64,000 nt of DNA from positions 7,006,001 through 7,070,000 of the forward strand of contig CDRNVU010000048.1 of NCBI GenBank assembly GCA_977017645.1, in the 5' to 3' direction. The notes under the pieces are model-generated. The model ran no database searches, was not told where the DNA came from, and saw only the letters and a list, made by a program, of their open reading frames with translations. Every line of letters starts with the position of its first letter. Position 1 is the first letter of the stretch. Positions 39,575 through 52,439 of this stretch are shown in pieces. This DNA is from Torpedo marmorata (taxonomy: Eukaryota). Made by a program: the position numbers and the translations under genes.

Positions 39575-40492
39575 TGTTTCAAAATCAAACCAGCAACGAC
39601 AGAAGACGCAATGCAAAAGGGGTAAAATTGAAATCATTATTTATTAAACACAAGTAAACATATAATTTCACAACAATTAACCCCACTATAAACGTCTATA
39701 AACTCTATTCTTATCTAAAAGGTGCGTGTGTGTGTGTGTGTGTGTGTGTGTTTAAAGCCCAGACCATTACAGTCTGTGCCCAACCCTTATGTAAAAATGG
39801 AAAGACTTTCCCCAAAAACCCCTGGTCAGTCATAAAAACAAGTCAGTAAAAAAAAAAGAATAATACAGTCCACAAAATCCACTCTCTAAGTTCAGGCTTC
39901 AAATTCAGCTGTGTCTATTAGAAGTACTTCTGAATGAACGTTGGAGAGAGACAATGACTGTTTATGCCTACAAATACTTGTTTTCTTCTCTGATGACGTC
40001 CCCGTTTTGTAGGTTCATAAGGATTGCAAGTTCCAGATCAGTATACCACTGATTTAGGCGTATGCTTGAATCTCACAGCGAGTCTCGCTGATCTCACGCC
40101 TGTTCTCCACAGAAGTTGCTTTTTCTCAGAATTTCTCTGTGACAGGAGGCCATGTGCTATCCTGTCAGTCTTTTCTCTGACTTGCACAAGCCTGGATTTG
40201 GCTGTGTCCTGTAGCCTTTGCAACTCACAAACTGACTGTCTTTTCCTGCAGAAATCTTCACCTACTTTTTGCAAAAGTGAAACAAATGTATCTTGTCCAG
40301 TCTGTCTCTCTCTCTCTCTCTGGTCACTCTCTGTCTGGGTACACCAAGAGTGCAACAATGTATCTTGTCTGGGTACAGCAAGTAGCTGGGGAAGTTAACT
40401 CTTTCAGTAGCTGGCCCCAGTGTATACTCCAAAATAATTCATCCTTCCTGCTGACCGTCCGCAGTCCAAATGGTCAGTCATGGTCCATAACA
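39575..40492 (-). repeat. 5' LTR of Gypsy 2
   Basis: tgtttc...ataaca, homologous to 33825-34743. Confidence 0.95.
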
Positions 40493-40544
40493 GTACCTAC
40501 GAATCCCCAATCACTATAGCTCTCCTCGTCTCTCCCCTTCCCTT

Positions 40545-43500
40545 AGAACACGAACACAGCACAACACAGTGCAGGACATTCATCCCTCGATGTTGTGGCA
40601 ACCCTTTTATTTCTAAATAAATACTAAACCCTCCCTACACCGCAATCCTCCACTTTACCTCCATCCATGTGCCCGTGTAAGAGTCTCTTAAATGCCCTAA
40701 TGTTTCAGCCTCCACTACCATCCCTGACAAGGCATTTTTGGCACCCACAACTCGCTGTGTAAAAAACATACCCCTGATGTCTCCCCTAAACTTCCCTCCC
40801 TTCACTTTGTACACATGTCCTCTGGTGTTTGCTATTCCTGCCATGGAAAACAAGCGCTGGCCGTCCACACTATCTATGCCTCTCATAATCTTGCAGACCT
40901 CCAATATGTCTCCTCTCATCCTTCTACGCTCCAAAGAGGAAAGTCCCACTTCTGCTAACCTTGCCTCGAAGGACTTGTTTTCCAATCCAGGTAATACCAT
41001 GGTAAATCTCCTCTGATCACATTCCATAGCTTCCACATCCTTCCCGTAATGAGGTTATCTGTGGTCTCACCAGGGATTTGTAGAGTTGCAACATGACCTC
41101 TCTACTCCTGAACTCAATCCCGCTATTAATGAAGCCCAGAATCCCATAGGCCTTCTTACCTATCCTATCAACCTTTGTTGCGACCTTGGGGGATGCATGG
41201 ATTTGAATACCAGGATCCCTCTGTTCATCCGTACTCTTAAGTAACCGACCATTAACCCTGTTCTCAGCCTTCTGGTTTGTCCTTCCAAAATGCATCACCT
41301 CACACTTATCCGGATCGAACTCCATCTACCACCTTCCGCCCATCTCAGCATCCTGTCTATATCCTCTTGTAACCTTCGACAAACTTCAGCTCTATCGGGA
41401 TCTCCTCCAACCTGCGTGTCATCCGCAAACTTACTGATCTATCTTTCCGCTTCCTCATCAGGGTCATTTATAAAAAACACAAAGAGCATGGGTCCCAGAA
41501 AAGATCCCTGCGGCACTCCGCTCGTCACTGACCTCCAGGCAAAATACTTTCCTTACACTACTACGCTATGCTTTCTTCCTGTAACCAATTATTTATCCAC
41601 ACAGCCAAGGTTTCACTGATCCCATGCCTCATGACTTTTCGGATGAGTCTCTCGTGGGGAACCTTGTCAAATGCCTTATTAAAATCCAGTTAGAGAACAT
41701 CACACGCCCTACCATCATCAATTTATTTTGTTACCTCCTCAAAAAAATCCATTTAAGCGAGTGCAGCACGACCTTCCCTTCACACAGCCATGCTGACTAT
41801 CCTTGAGTAGACTACTTCTCCAAATGCTCGTAGATGTTATCCTTAAGAATCCTTTCCAATAGTTTGCACACGACTGACGTAAGACTCACCGGTCTGTAAT
41901 TCCCCTCAGCGTTAGCATCGTTATGGACAAAGATACAAGTAGACAGAATTGTAAAATGTTTAATTGGGGAAAGGCTAATTAAGATGTGATGAGGCAGGGA
42001 CTACATTTTCAATTTTCCAAACCCCCGGCACCTCCGCTGCGTCCAAAAAGGACTCCAATATCACAGCTACTGCCCCTATCTCTTCTCTCACTCTCCACAG
42101 CAACCTGGGGCATATCGCTTCCGGCCACGGGGACGTATTAATCTTGATGTTTTTAAGAAGATCCAAAACTACTTCCTCCTTTATCTCCACATTGACCAGC
42201 ACACAAGCCTGTTCTATTCCGACCTCACCCTGAGGAAGGCCTTTTATATTGTGAATACTGACGCCATGTATTCATTTAGGTCCTCCCCAACCTCCTCCGC
42301 CTCCAGGCACATGTTGCCTCCTTCATCCTTCATTCTCGTCATCCTTCCGTTCTTCCCATACGCTTAGAACGCCTTGGGGCCTCCTTACTCCAACTTGACA
42401 AGGACTTCTCATGCCCCCTTCGAGCTCTCCTATGTCCTTTCTGAGCTCCTTCCTTTCTACCATGTAATTCTCATGAGCCTTTCCTGTTTCCTGATTACCA
42501 TATCTACTATATGCTTTCTTCTTCCTTTTGACTAGTTGCCTCACCTGTTTCGTCAACCACGGTTACCTTTTCCTCCAATCGTTTCCTTGTCCCAATGGGA
42601 CAAACCTATCCTGAACCCAGCACAATTGGTCCCTAAACTTCCTACACATTACTTCTGTGTTTTCACCCTTGAAAAACTGTTTACAATTTCCTCTTGCTAG
42701 TTCCTGCCTCATCCCTTCATATTTAGCCCTTCCCTAATTAAGCAACATCGAATTTTACCTGTTTTTATACTTTTCCACAGCTATGCTGAAGCTAAGGGTG
42801 TTGTGATCCATCTCTCTATCATGCTCCCCCACCGCTAGGTCCGCCACCTGACCAGGTTCATCCCCCGGAACTGGATCCAGTATGGCCTCTCCCCTCGTCG
42901 GACGGTCCACATGCTGTGTCAGGAATCCTTCTTGAACACACCTGACAAATTCTGCAAGATCCATCCCTCCTGCAGTCAGGAGGTGCCAGTCAATATTAGG
43001 GAAGTTGAAATCACCCATATGTACAACCCTGTATTTTCTGCACCCTTCAAAAATCTGCCTGGTCGTCTGCTGCTCGGTGTCCCGAGGGATATTTTGGGCC
43101 TATAGATGACTCCTAGTACAGTGATTGCTCCCTTCCTATTTATGACTTCCACTCACACGCTATCAGTGGACACTCCCTCTGCAGCGTCCTCCCTTTCTAT
43201 CCCTGACCAGTAATGCTACTCCCCCTCTCTTACATTCCATCCTATTTATTTTAAAACACCTAAACCATGGTACCTACATCAGCCAATCGTTCCCTTCCTC
43301 CAACCAAGACTCTGTAACGGCCACAACATCGCGGTTCCACTTACTGATCCATGCTCTAGTTCATCCCCTTTATTCCAAATCATCCTCGAGTTGCAATATA
43401 CACATTTCAAACGCTCTAACTGGCTACATTTATGTTTTGTTCCCTGCCTCTCCTTCATCACAAACTCAGAACATTTGGCATCATGCTTTTGACCTTCTGT

Positions 43501-44900
43501 CGTATCCTCTGCACTCACATTCTCATTCCCACCCCCCCCCTGCCAAACTACTTTAATCCCTCCCCCGCAGCTATAGCAAACGTACCCACCAGGATATTGG
43601 TTCCTTTCCAGTTCATGTGCAGCCCGTCCTTTTTGTACAGGTCAGACCTTCCTCAGAGGAGATCACAACGATACACAAATCTGAATCCCTGCCCCCTGCA
43701 CCAACTCTTCAGCCACTCATTCATCTCCCACAAGTTCTATTCCTACCGTCACTTGCACGTGGCACAGGCAGCAAACACGAGAATACTACGTTTGAGGTCC
43801 TGCTTTTAACTTCTTACCTAACTCCTTACATTCCCTCTTCAGGACCTCGTCCCTACTCCTATCTATATCATTGGTCCCCACGTGGACCACGACATATGGC
43901 TGCTCCCACTGCCCCTCAAGAATGATGTGAACTCGATCAGAGACGTCCCTAACCCTGGTACCTGGGAGGCAACATACCATGCGGGAACCTCGATCTTGTT
44001 CACTCGAACGGAGACGTCCTTACCCTGGCACCTGGGGGGCAACATACCATCCGGGAACCTCGATCTTGTTCACTCGAATGGAGACGTCCTTAGCCGTGGC
44101 ACCTGGGAGACAACATAACATCCGGGAGCCTCGATCTCATTCACAAAACCTCCTATCTGCTCTCATAACCAACGAATCCATAATTACCGTAGCTCTGCTC
44201 ATCACCCCCCCCCTTTCCTCTGAGCCGAAGTTGCAGACTCTGTGCCAGCCCCTTGACCACCACCACATGTCCCTGGTAGATATTCCCCCCAACAATATCC
44301 AAAACGGTATATTTATTGTTGAGCAGCAAGGGCACAGGGGTGCTCTGCACTGTCTTCCTATTCCCCTTACCTCTCCTAACAGTCACCCAGCTACATGTAT
44401 CCTGACATTTGCGGGTGATTGACAACCTGAACCTCCTCTCTATCACGGCGTCTGCCTCCCGATGATCGGGAGTTCATTCAGCTCCAGCTACTGTTCCCGA
44501 AATGTGTCTCCAAGGAGCTGCACCTGAATGTCCCTCTTACAGGTGCAGTTACCAGGGAAAATTGTGTTGTCCCAGATACCCCACATGCTGCATTCGGAGC
44601 ATTCCACCGCCCTAGCTACTGTCTCCATTAACTCCTCCTAATTTAAAGACAAAGATCTTACCTTCCCTTACTGGAAACAGGCTCGTCCTCAGCCTCTCTT
44701 CGCCGAAGCCTCGTTAGCCAAAGTATCTGAGTTCCACTCTGACCCTGAGCCACTGACACACTGGCCGCTCTCCACTGGCCGATCCTCTTGAGTTACCCCT
44801 CTTTATATTTGTCACTGCCCCTTATCTTTACTAATCCTCACAACAATCACAGTTCTGTTTAACCCTCAACTTCCCCTCTGCTTCCATTTTAAATGCAGCC
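40545..44900 (-). mobile_element. Near full-length decayed CR1 LINE (ORF1 with SGNH esterase, APE endonuclease, RT)
   Basis: ORF1 'VCCLPGTRVRDV...VVVHVGTND'. EN 'GDFNFPNIDW...PTRGEAILD...DH'. RT and C-terminus 'KCEVMHFG', 'TRGH', 'FFTQRVV'. Confidence 0.9.
43932..44140. repeat. ~70-bp unit triplicated inside CR1 ORF1
   Basis: Three copies of 'gagacgtcc..accctggcacctgggaggcaacataccatccgggaacctcgatct'. Confidence 0.88.
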
Positions 44901-44953
44901 ACCTCAAGCTGGTTCCCAACACTAACAGCTCTCCCGAGTCCGAAGCACCTCGG

Positions 44954-45425
44954 GTGACCGGACGGAGAATTGGCGACAGCTTTGTGGAGCAACTTTACTC
45001 CATCCTGTGCCACTGCCATGATCCCCCAGTGGCCAGCCACGTTAAATCCACTTTCCCTTTCCACACTGACGTGTATATGCACGGCCAAGTGTCCGCCCAA
45101 TTCGCGACTGAACACACATTGCATGAAGAGCTGTTTTGTTTTCTTCTTGTCGGTCACCAGGCAGCGGGATTACCATCTAACTCCAATTTCTGGGAGCCTG
45201 TGCATTTGGTTTCACACCCCTCCCTGCTTCCCCAATATCCCTGGTCTAATTCCAACTGATATTTGACTTCTCTCCCCCGTCTTTTCTATCTGCCCATCAC
45301 CCTCTCCTTCTTCACTTCAGCACACGACGGCCTTCCTTAATTCTATAACATTTCGCTTCTACCGTCAGACTGCATTATCCTCATATGTCTGTACCTGCTT
45401 CCTGTCACCTGGAAGCATCTCACCG
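44954..45425 (+). mobile_element. Penelope-like element GIY-YIG endonuclease C-terminal remnant and 3' region
   Basis: ORF 44954-45259 'TGRRIGDSFVEQLYSI...DPPVASHVKS...HTD...EE' matches the PLE pattern T.RRL.DRF.EHL...LPVA.HFN. Pyrimidine-rich 3' tract. Confidence 0.75.
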
Positions 45426-45609
45426 TTTTCTATTTCTTCTGCTTAGTATATCATGAACGTGAGTTTCAAAGACATTGAGTAAAATTGCTTGGTTGTGAGA
45501 AAGATAACTTTCAAAACAATCTTCAATATTTTTAATACGCTATCGTGTCCAAATCCTGGAAGATTGGTTGTCTATAGAAAATGGAATAAGTCTATTCTGT
45601 ACCAAAGGT

Positions 45610-46208
45610 GTCGTCATTGACAATAAATTTTAGAAAATAGACTAATTAAATAATTACCGAAATTAATCCATATGAATCAGAAAGGTTTTGTAAAAAACTC
45701 GACTGTGAGTAGATAATGTCGCAAGATTGAATAGCTTAATCCATGTAGCTCAGAAAAAGGGAAATTTAAGTCTGGCGGTGGCCTTGGATGCAGAAAAGGC
45801 ATTTGATAGACTTGAATGGGAATTTTTGTTTAAAATCTCGGCTAATTTTGGTCTGGGACAGGTCTTTATAAATTGGGTTAAGGCATTATATAAAAACCCC
45901 AGACCGAATTTTGTGACAAATTGACAAGTTTCTGTACCTTTTCAATTGACTATGTCAAGTAGACAAGGCTTCCCTTTATCGCCAGCTTTGTTTATTTTAG
46001 CGATAGAATCCTTAGCTGAATTAGTACGGTCAGATCCTGATATTCAGTGTATTAAAGTTAATCGACCGGAGTATACAATAAATGTATTTAACGACGATGA
46101 CTTGATATATTTGACTAATTCCTTGAATTCCTTCCGCCAATTACATTAAAGATTGGTGGAATATGGTTAATATCAGGTTATAAAATTAACTGGGATAAAA
46201 GTGAACAA
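45610..46208 (+). mobile_element. L1 RT fragment
   Basis: 'ALDAEKAFDRLEW', 'RQGFPLSP', 'FNDD' and 'SGYKINWDKSE'. Confidence 0.9.
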
Positions 46209-46555
46209 GATAACTTTCGAATCTGTGTATAAATCTAACCCTTTCGAGTCCGTGTCCATATTTTCAGTGACTACCAACAAGCGCATATTCTCCGTGTCCT
46301 GGTTTACAGGGACTATCAACAAGCGCATATACTCCGCTTCCCCGTTTTTCGGGATTATTTTTATACCGAACCACCAGCTGGTTCGTAATGGTGTTCGCAC
46401 TGTAGTTTACGCATGGACTGAGCACGGAATTGATCTTATCAAAGGTTAAGAATGGAAGGAAACCAAAGGGATAATTATGTTGCCTGACAGTATTCCTTCC
46501 CCGATCGTGAACAAGGATCGTGTTCAGGTGGAAAATGTGAAATTATGTGACACGT

Positions 46556-47508
46556 TCACCCGCGCGGGACACACTGCCTGACCTTTTCAACAAGCATGTT
46601 AACGGGAGAGAGCAGCGCAATCATCAGTTGCTCTCTGAATTTTCTCTGGGTCACTCCGTAAATAAAGGTGTTGGTGCAGCAGCTGAAAAGCTGAATCACA
46701 GACCCCGCCATATTTGCACGATAAAGGCGTATGGACGTCTCCAGGTCCGTGTAGAGGCAGCGTATGAGAATGAAGACCACGGTGGTTGGCGCCCAGCAGA
46801 GAATGAAACTCGCCGACAGGGTGAAGAGCAGAATGATGGATTGTTTCCGGCTCTCCATCTCCGGGTCCCGTTGTTTCTCGGCGTGTCTCTGCCCCATGAG
46901 CCTCCTGCGGACTCTGCTCGCCGCCACTATCTGTCTGACGGTCAGAGCATTGAGGGTTAAAATGATGAAGAAGGGAAGCAGCGGGTTCCATAGGCGGTCG
47001 ATCCAGTAAAGCACCTCAAATGAATCTGTCATCGGAAGAACGAGTCTCCCGTCACACACCCAATCACCTCGTCCTGACACACGTGTTAAAGTCAAATGCA
47101 TGAAATAAAAAGGGACGTTTTTTAAACAGAATGCGATACATATTGTACCAATAACCACACTCGCATTTTTTGGAGTGCAGTATTTGGTTTTGATCTTCGG
47201 CCAGCAAATGGCCACGAAGCGATCGAAGGTGAAAGCGACCGTGAACCACACGGAACAATCAACAGCGACGTAACACAGGACATAGTGAACAAGGCAGAAT
47301 GGAGCTTTGTCAAGGAGGATGAATATTTTGTATAAAATTGAATCATCATCCGCCCAATAAAATCGGTATGCGTTAATCACCCGATAGAGCAGGACTTCGA
47401 TAATCACCACCATGAGATCCGCCACCGCCATCGCCACCAGATAGCGAGTGATACACTTGGAGAGTCCACAGTTTCGTCGGCTGAGGATGACGATTGACAC
47501 CAGGTTAA
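46556..47508 (-). CDS. GPR139/GPR142-like class A GPCR gene 2, coding exon 2 (335 aa after splicing)
   Basis: Acceptor ttgtttcctcag| then TT AAC CTG. Open to TGA at 46558-46556. MAVADL, DRF, CWAP, NTFIY and KFR motifs. Paralogous to gene 1. Confidence 0.93.
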
Positions 47509-48801
47509 CTGAGGAAACAAATTAACAGTAACATTATGAATAATCATCGAAGACACTGGAGGAGAAAATAAGGAATCGGCTTCGTAAATAGCCTTTAATA
47601 TATACATCCAGCCTTTAAAAAGCTGAGCTACTGTAACATTTCAAATCTATTCATTCGCGTGTTACCCATTCTGCGCTTTCAAACGATATTTCACGCCTGT
47701 CCGTGCAGGATGAGAGCCGCCACAAGGATACATCACCAATGTGGTGACAATCAGTGGATTTAATTCTGTATGCTGAGAGGAATACGCCGGCAGCATAGTG
47801 GGAAGTATCACAGATATCTTCCTGAGATCGCGTTGTGAAGTTTCTCATCACCCTGAGACTGTGTCCGTCTGTTTAATTCACCATCTCCCACACAAGTACG
47901 GTAACTAACCGCTGATATTCCATTTCAGTCATTGTCCTGAATAAATACACAGACTGCGACGCAGTGCTCTCGACCATCTGAGAAGTATTGTGATATTTAT
48001 TTCAATCATTCGGAAGCGATACCAAGGATTGGCCACAACTGCAAGTGCTATAAACACTCAAAAGGTGAATCTGAAGGAAGCCAGATAGAAAAATAAATGA
48101 TCGACCTATTTTACCCTGAATAAGAATACAAAACCAGACTTTTGTTATAACTATTGCTGATGATATTATTCGACAGATAATCACAGACTGTTCAACTTCA
48201 ACAATTTATCAATGGGAACTACTCTGGTGCCAGAAGACGAACCCCGTATGAGAAGGAGAAGCAGGGGAGACGACGACTCACGGGACGGTGACCACGATGC
48301 GGTCATGTACAAATTCCGCAGGGTTCTGTCCACACCGGACTAATTCGGAGTAACTCTATGACTGTTTGAGAATCCATCTGGGTGATAACGTTCAGTGATG
48401 CGGACATGGGATGTTTGAGCTCACTCGCTGCATGTTTGAGACACGAAAAAGACGCGTGAATCCTTCAAATATTTAAGAGTGATCGCACCTCAGCACCCGA
48501 CAATTGTGGGAACAGATCCGAATTTCCGTGAAAATCCCCGGACAGTCCCCTAAAACTGTGCACATCAATGAGGATAAATGTGAACCGCCAACTTCTGCTC
48601 TATGCTCAGCGTAATGAATGAGTTCATTTTGAAAAATACCTCATGTCACATTGGGAGAAATATACAGCGATACCACCAGTAACGTGGACGAAATGGCAAC
48701 CACAAATGACGGCTCAAATACACGAAACACAATGGACACATCACCAGGAACAGCCTGACCTCGGAGTTCCAAACAATTACCCGGTGGCGGGACATACTTA
48801 C

Positions 48802-48856
48802 CAGGGATGCCGATGACTGTGATAAGTGGGTAAAGCACATATGTGTACGAAGTCAT
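48802..48856 (-). CDS. GPCR gene 2, coding exon 1 (MTSYTYVLYPLITVIGIP)
   Basis: ATG at 48856, 55 nt (18 codons + 1), donor CCTG|gtaagt at 48801. Same intron position and phase as gene 1. The frame is open upstream to about 48949, so the true start may be earlier. Confidence 0.82.
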
Positions 48857-49282
48857 GCTATATTGCCTGTGGAAGTTCTCTTGCTTGTCGGACGGCAGGA
48901 GGCACTCGGTATGGAATTCTGGATCCAACGAAATTAATTCGTATTCCAAATAAAATGAACGTCAGAAATTAACTTTTAAAAACAAAATAAAATATATTTG
49001 TTTAATTCCTTGTAACTGCCTCGATTAACAGATCACCCGTTCATCCTATTCGAAATATTTCAGGTCTTTACGTCCTATTGGTTCAGACCGAAGTAATGTT
49101 CAGACCCGAGATGCGCCTTTTTATGGAACAAATTCCTACCTGATGTTGAAATCAACTTGCATCATAATTAATGTTGCTTATCGCTGCCTGACAAACAAAG
49201 CAATATTTTCTACATCACTGAACTTTGAAATTCAATGGAAACAATGTTCCTTCGTCAAGAAATAAAACAATAATACTGTTAA

Positions 49283-49610
49283 GACCATAAGAGAAAAGCA
49301 GAAGTAGCCATTTCGGCCCGTCGAGTCCGCACCGCCATTCCGCTGCCAACAGATCAATTCTTCCACTCAACCCCACACCCCTGCCTTCTCTCCATAACCT
49401 TTGATACCCTGACTGTGCACATTTACATCAATCTCTTCCTGGAAAACACCCAACGACCTGGCCTTCACAGCCGCACGTGGTAGCAAATTGAAATGGGTCC
49501 ACCACCCTCTGGATAAAGAAATTGCTCCCCATCTCTGTTTTAAGTGGGTGCCCTTCAATCCTGAAATTGTGCCCTCTTGTCCTTAACTCCCCTCCCATGG
49601 TAAATAACTT
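49283..49610 (-). mobile_element. CR1 3' end
   Basis: 'RGHNFRIEG' and 'FFIQRVV'-like motifs plus 3' UTR on minus. Confidence 0.85.
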
Positions 49611-50819
49611 TGAAATTATATCTGCGCTCTGTGTGATGCGGCGACATAGTCGAAAGTTATTGTTGAAGTGCCGGCGCTGTCAGCCCGTACATAACCTCAC
49701 CTGGTCAGTCCCAGCACCACTTCATGGTGCGACTGGAGACCCCACTCCAGTGCTTCTGCCGGTTAAATTAATTTTACAGAGAACGTGGCGACTTTGATTG
49801 ATCTTCACTGCCGCGCCACATTAGCGTTTATCTTCGTCATCCCGTTATAGTCATTACTGCAGTTTGATATTTAGTCAGCAGTGACACCCACGCATTATGT
49901 CCACAAACTCACTGGAGTTCAGCCATCAGCCGGAGACAAAAGAACGTGTTTAGTGGTTATTTGTTCACTGTTAAGGAAGCAATTCATATCAGAGTCACAA
50001 GTCGGCCAAATATACGGGGTACAGTTATTTCAACCGTAATATTCAAATTGTGAAAACATCATGGTGAAGATCCGCTGTGCTGGGCGAGCGGTGCATCATG
50101 TCCATGTGTGATATGTTCAGTGCTGCTGCAATAATAGAATCACTGCCCTATTACACACTAGACCATTTTAACATTGAATCCCAGTGACAGAGACACTGCA
50201 CCCCCAGACGCTGAATGATTATTTCAAGCTTTTGACCATAGCGTCAACAGTGCCCCGGCCCAGTCTTCAGGGATGTCGTTCAGAATCCGTGAAACAGAAT
50301 TGTTGTCGTTGCCAATTCAGCGATCAATTATCCACTGAAATATCCGCTACACTGCTCCACCAGTGATAGGCGCAAGCAAACGTTTGTATTGTTGCCAACC
50401 ACTCAAAGTGCACGACGTTGTTTGACCTGATAGTCATGCCATTGCTTCCCAATGTTGACGCTGTTCATCTCCGTCCGTTCAGCAATGTAAACGATCTCTA
50501 ATAATTTCCTCCTTAATCTTGTCCCAACTCCGCTTCTACCGTGGAAAACGTCCAGAACAATGCGGGCGCTTTCAGGCAGTCGAATCAATTCCAGTCCCTT
50601 CGTCCATTTTTATCCCTAACTCCTGGACCCTGCAAATTACATTCCGGCAGGAGACAATGGAATTCACTGCGACCGTTTGGATTTCCTCTCTACCCCGCCG
50701 CCTTGGAGATCGTAACCTATCCCAGCTTAAAATGTTGCGACTGTTCAACGACCAACAAGTGTATCTCCTCTATTACTTTGTATCATTGACCCTGGGCGAT
50801 TAGATATGCACTATAAAAA

Positions 50820-52150
50820 AATTCATATGTACGCCATTCGGCCAGTCGATTAGGCTCCTCTATTCCAGCATGTGTTGAATCATTGGCCCAACTCAGCCCT
50901 GAATCCCCGTTTGTCCCCGTAACATTTGGTAACACGACTATTCAGATGCATATGCCATAAATGCACCCTGCAAGCGTGCCTCCATACAGGCCCGTTGTAG
51001 CAAATTCTCAAGGGTTACCTCTCTCTGGCTGATGAAATTACTCGCCATGCCTGTTTTACATGTGGACCCTTCAATAGTCAATTTGCGCCCTCGTGTCCAC
51101 GACACCCTTACCATGGACAACAACTATGCAAATCTACTCCGTACAAACTTACAACATTCGCTTTACTTAGAACCATCGAACCACAGAACATTAAATCACA
51201 GACACAGGCATCCTCGGCCGTTCTAGTCTGTGCCGAACCATGTTTGCCTCGCCCCACTGACCTGCACCCAGTCCATAGCCCTCCTTACCCCTCCCATCCA
51301 TTTACCTGTCTAAATGCATCTTAAATGTTAGAATTGAGCCCGCATTCACCACTTCAGCTGAAAGCTCGTTCCACACTCCCACCACTCTCTGTGCGATGAA
51401 GTTCCCCCTCATGTTCCCCCTTAACTTTTACCCTTTCACTCTTAACCCATGTCCTCTGGTTTGTATCTCACCTACCCTCAGTGGAAAAAGCCTACCTACA
51501 TTTCCTCTGTCTATCCCTCCGATGATTTTAAATGCCTCTCTCAAATCTCCCCTCATTCTTCTTCGCTCAAGGAAATTAAGTCCAAACCTGTTTAACCTTT
51601 CCCTGTAACTCAGTTCGTGAAGTCCGGGCAAAATCCTAGTAAATCATCTATGCGCTCTGTCTATCTTTCCTGTAGTTAGGTGACACAAACTGCACACAAT
51701 ACTCCAAATTTGGCCTCACCAATGTCTTGTACAATTTTAACATAACGTCCCAACTCCTGTACTCAATACTTTGATTTATGAAGGCCAATATGCCAAAATC
51801 TCCCTTTACAACCCGATTCACCTGTGATGCCACTTTCATGGAATTATGTATCTGTATTCACAGATCCATCTTTTCTACCGCACTCCTCAGTGCCCCACCA
51901 TTTACCGTGTATGTTTACTTATGTGAGGCCCCCCTCTCTTTCTTGTTAGCTCCAAGGAATACAGAAAATGGGCCGTTGAATGTTCCTCATAGGGTAAACA
52001 AATCATCCCAGGAATCATTATTTTGAATCTTCACGGTTGCGTCTCCAATGCCAGCACATCCTTTCCTGAATAATTAGCCTCGTACTCCAAGTGAGGCATC
52101 ATCCGTGCTTTATAAAGCCTCAACATAGCATTCCGCTCGATCCTTGCAAC
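50820..52150 (-). mobile_element. Nested CR1 fragments (younger copy ~51170-51920 within an older one)
   Basis: ORFs 51428-51631 and 51648-51839 ('LYKTLVRPNLEYC', 'TRGHGLRVKG'). Degenerate CR1 sequence on both flanks. Confidence 0.85.
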
Positions 52151-52439
52151 ACTACAACGCGTTGCATCTGTCCCTTGGACGTGGGAATCGCGGAATGTAG
52201 GATATGCCCTGCTGCTACGGTTATCTCCCATTGCCGTAGTACCATTGTATCCCCACAGTCAGCACGTTATGGCAGGGTACCTGTATCTTCTCGTGGTTAA
52301 CATGTCATCTGCGCGACCGCAGGAAGTGAGGGCTGTCCCTAGCGCCTGAGCGATTACCTCCTGTTGGAATATTGTGTTACGTTGTGGTTGTCTCGTTAAA
52401 GAAAGATTTGGAAATTATGGCGAGGGTGCAGAGTTGATA

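Larger units (their letters stand above)
33825..40492 (-). mobile_element. Gmr1-like Gypsy LTR retrotransposon 2, near full length (gag-PR-IN-RT-RH) with frameshifts
   Basis: Two ~920-bp LTRs (33825-34743 and 39575-40492) with TG...CA ends. PBS tgggggctcgt. PPT gtgggtgggagg. gag 39467-38253, protease 'RDTGA' 38210-37740, integrase then RT 37712-35857, RT/RNase H 35832-34882. Confidence 0.96.

Noticed and set aside
43932-44140. Repeat array as a CRISPR-like locus
   Set aside because: The units are tandem with no unique spacers, lie within CR1 ORF1 and are in a vertebrate context with no cas genes.
46547-47009. Antisense and alternative-frame ORFs overlapping gene 2
   Set aside because: Shadow ORFs of a GC-rich coding exon with no independent motifs.
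48641-48801. Remainder of the 102-aa ORF after 'GIPG'
   Set aside because: Read-through past a consensus gtaagt donor into the intron.
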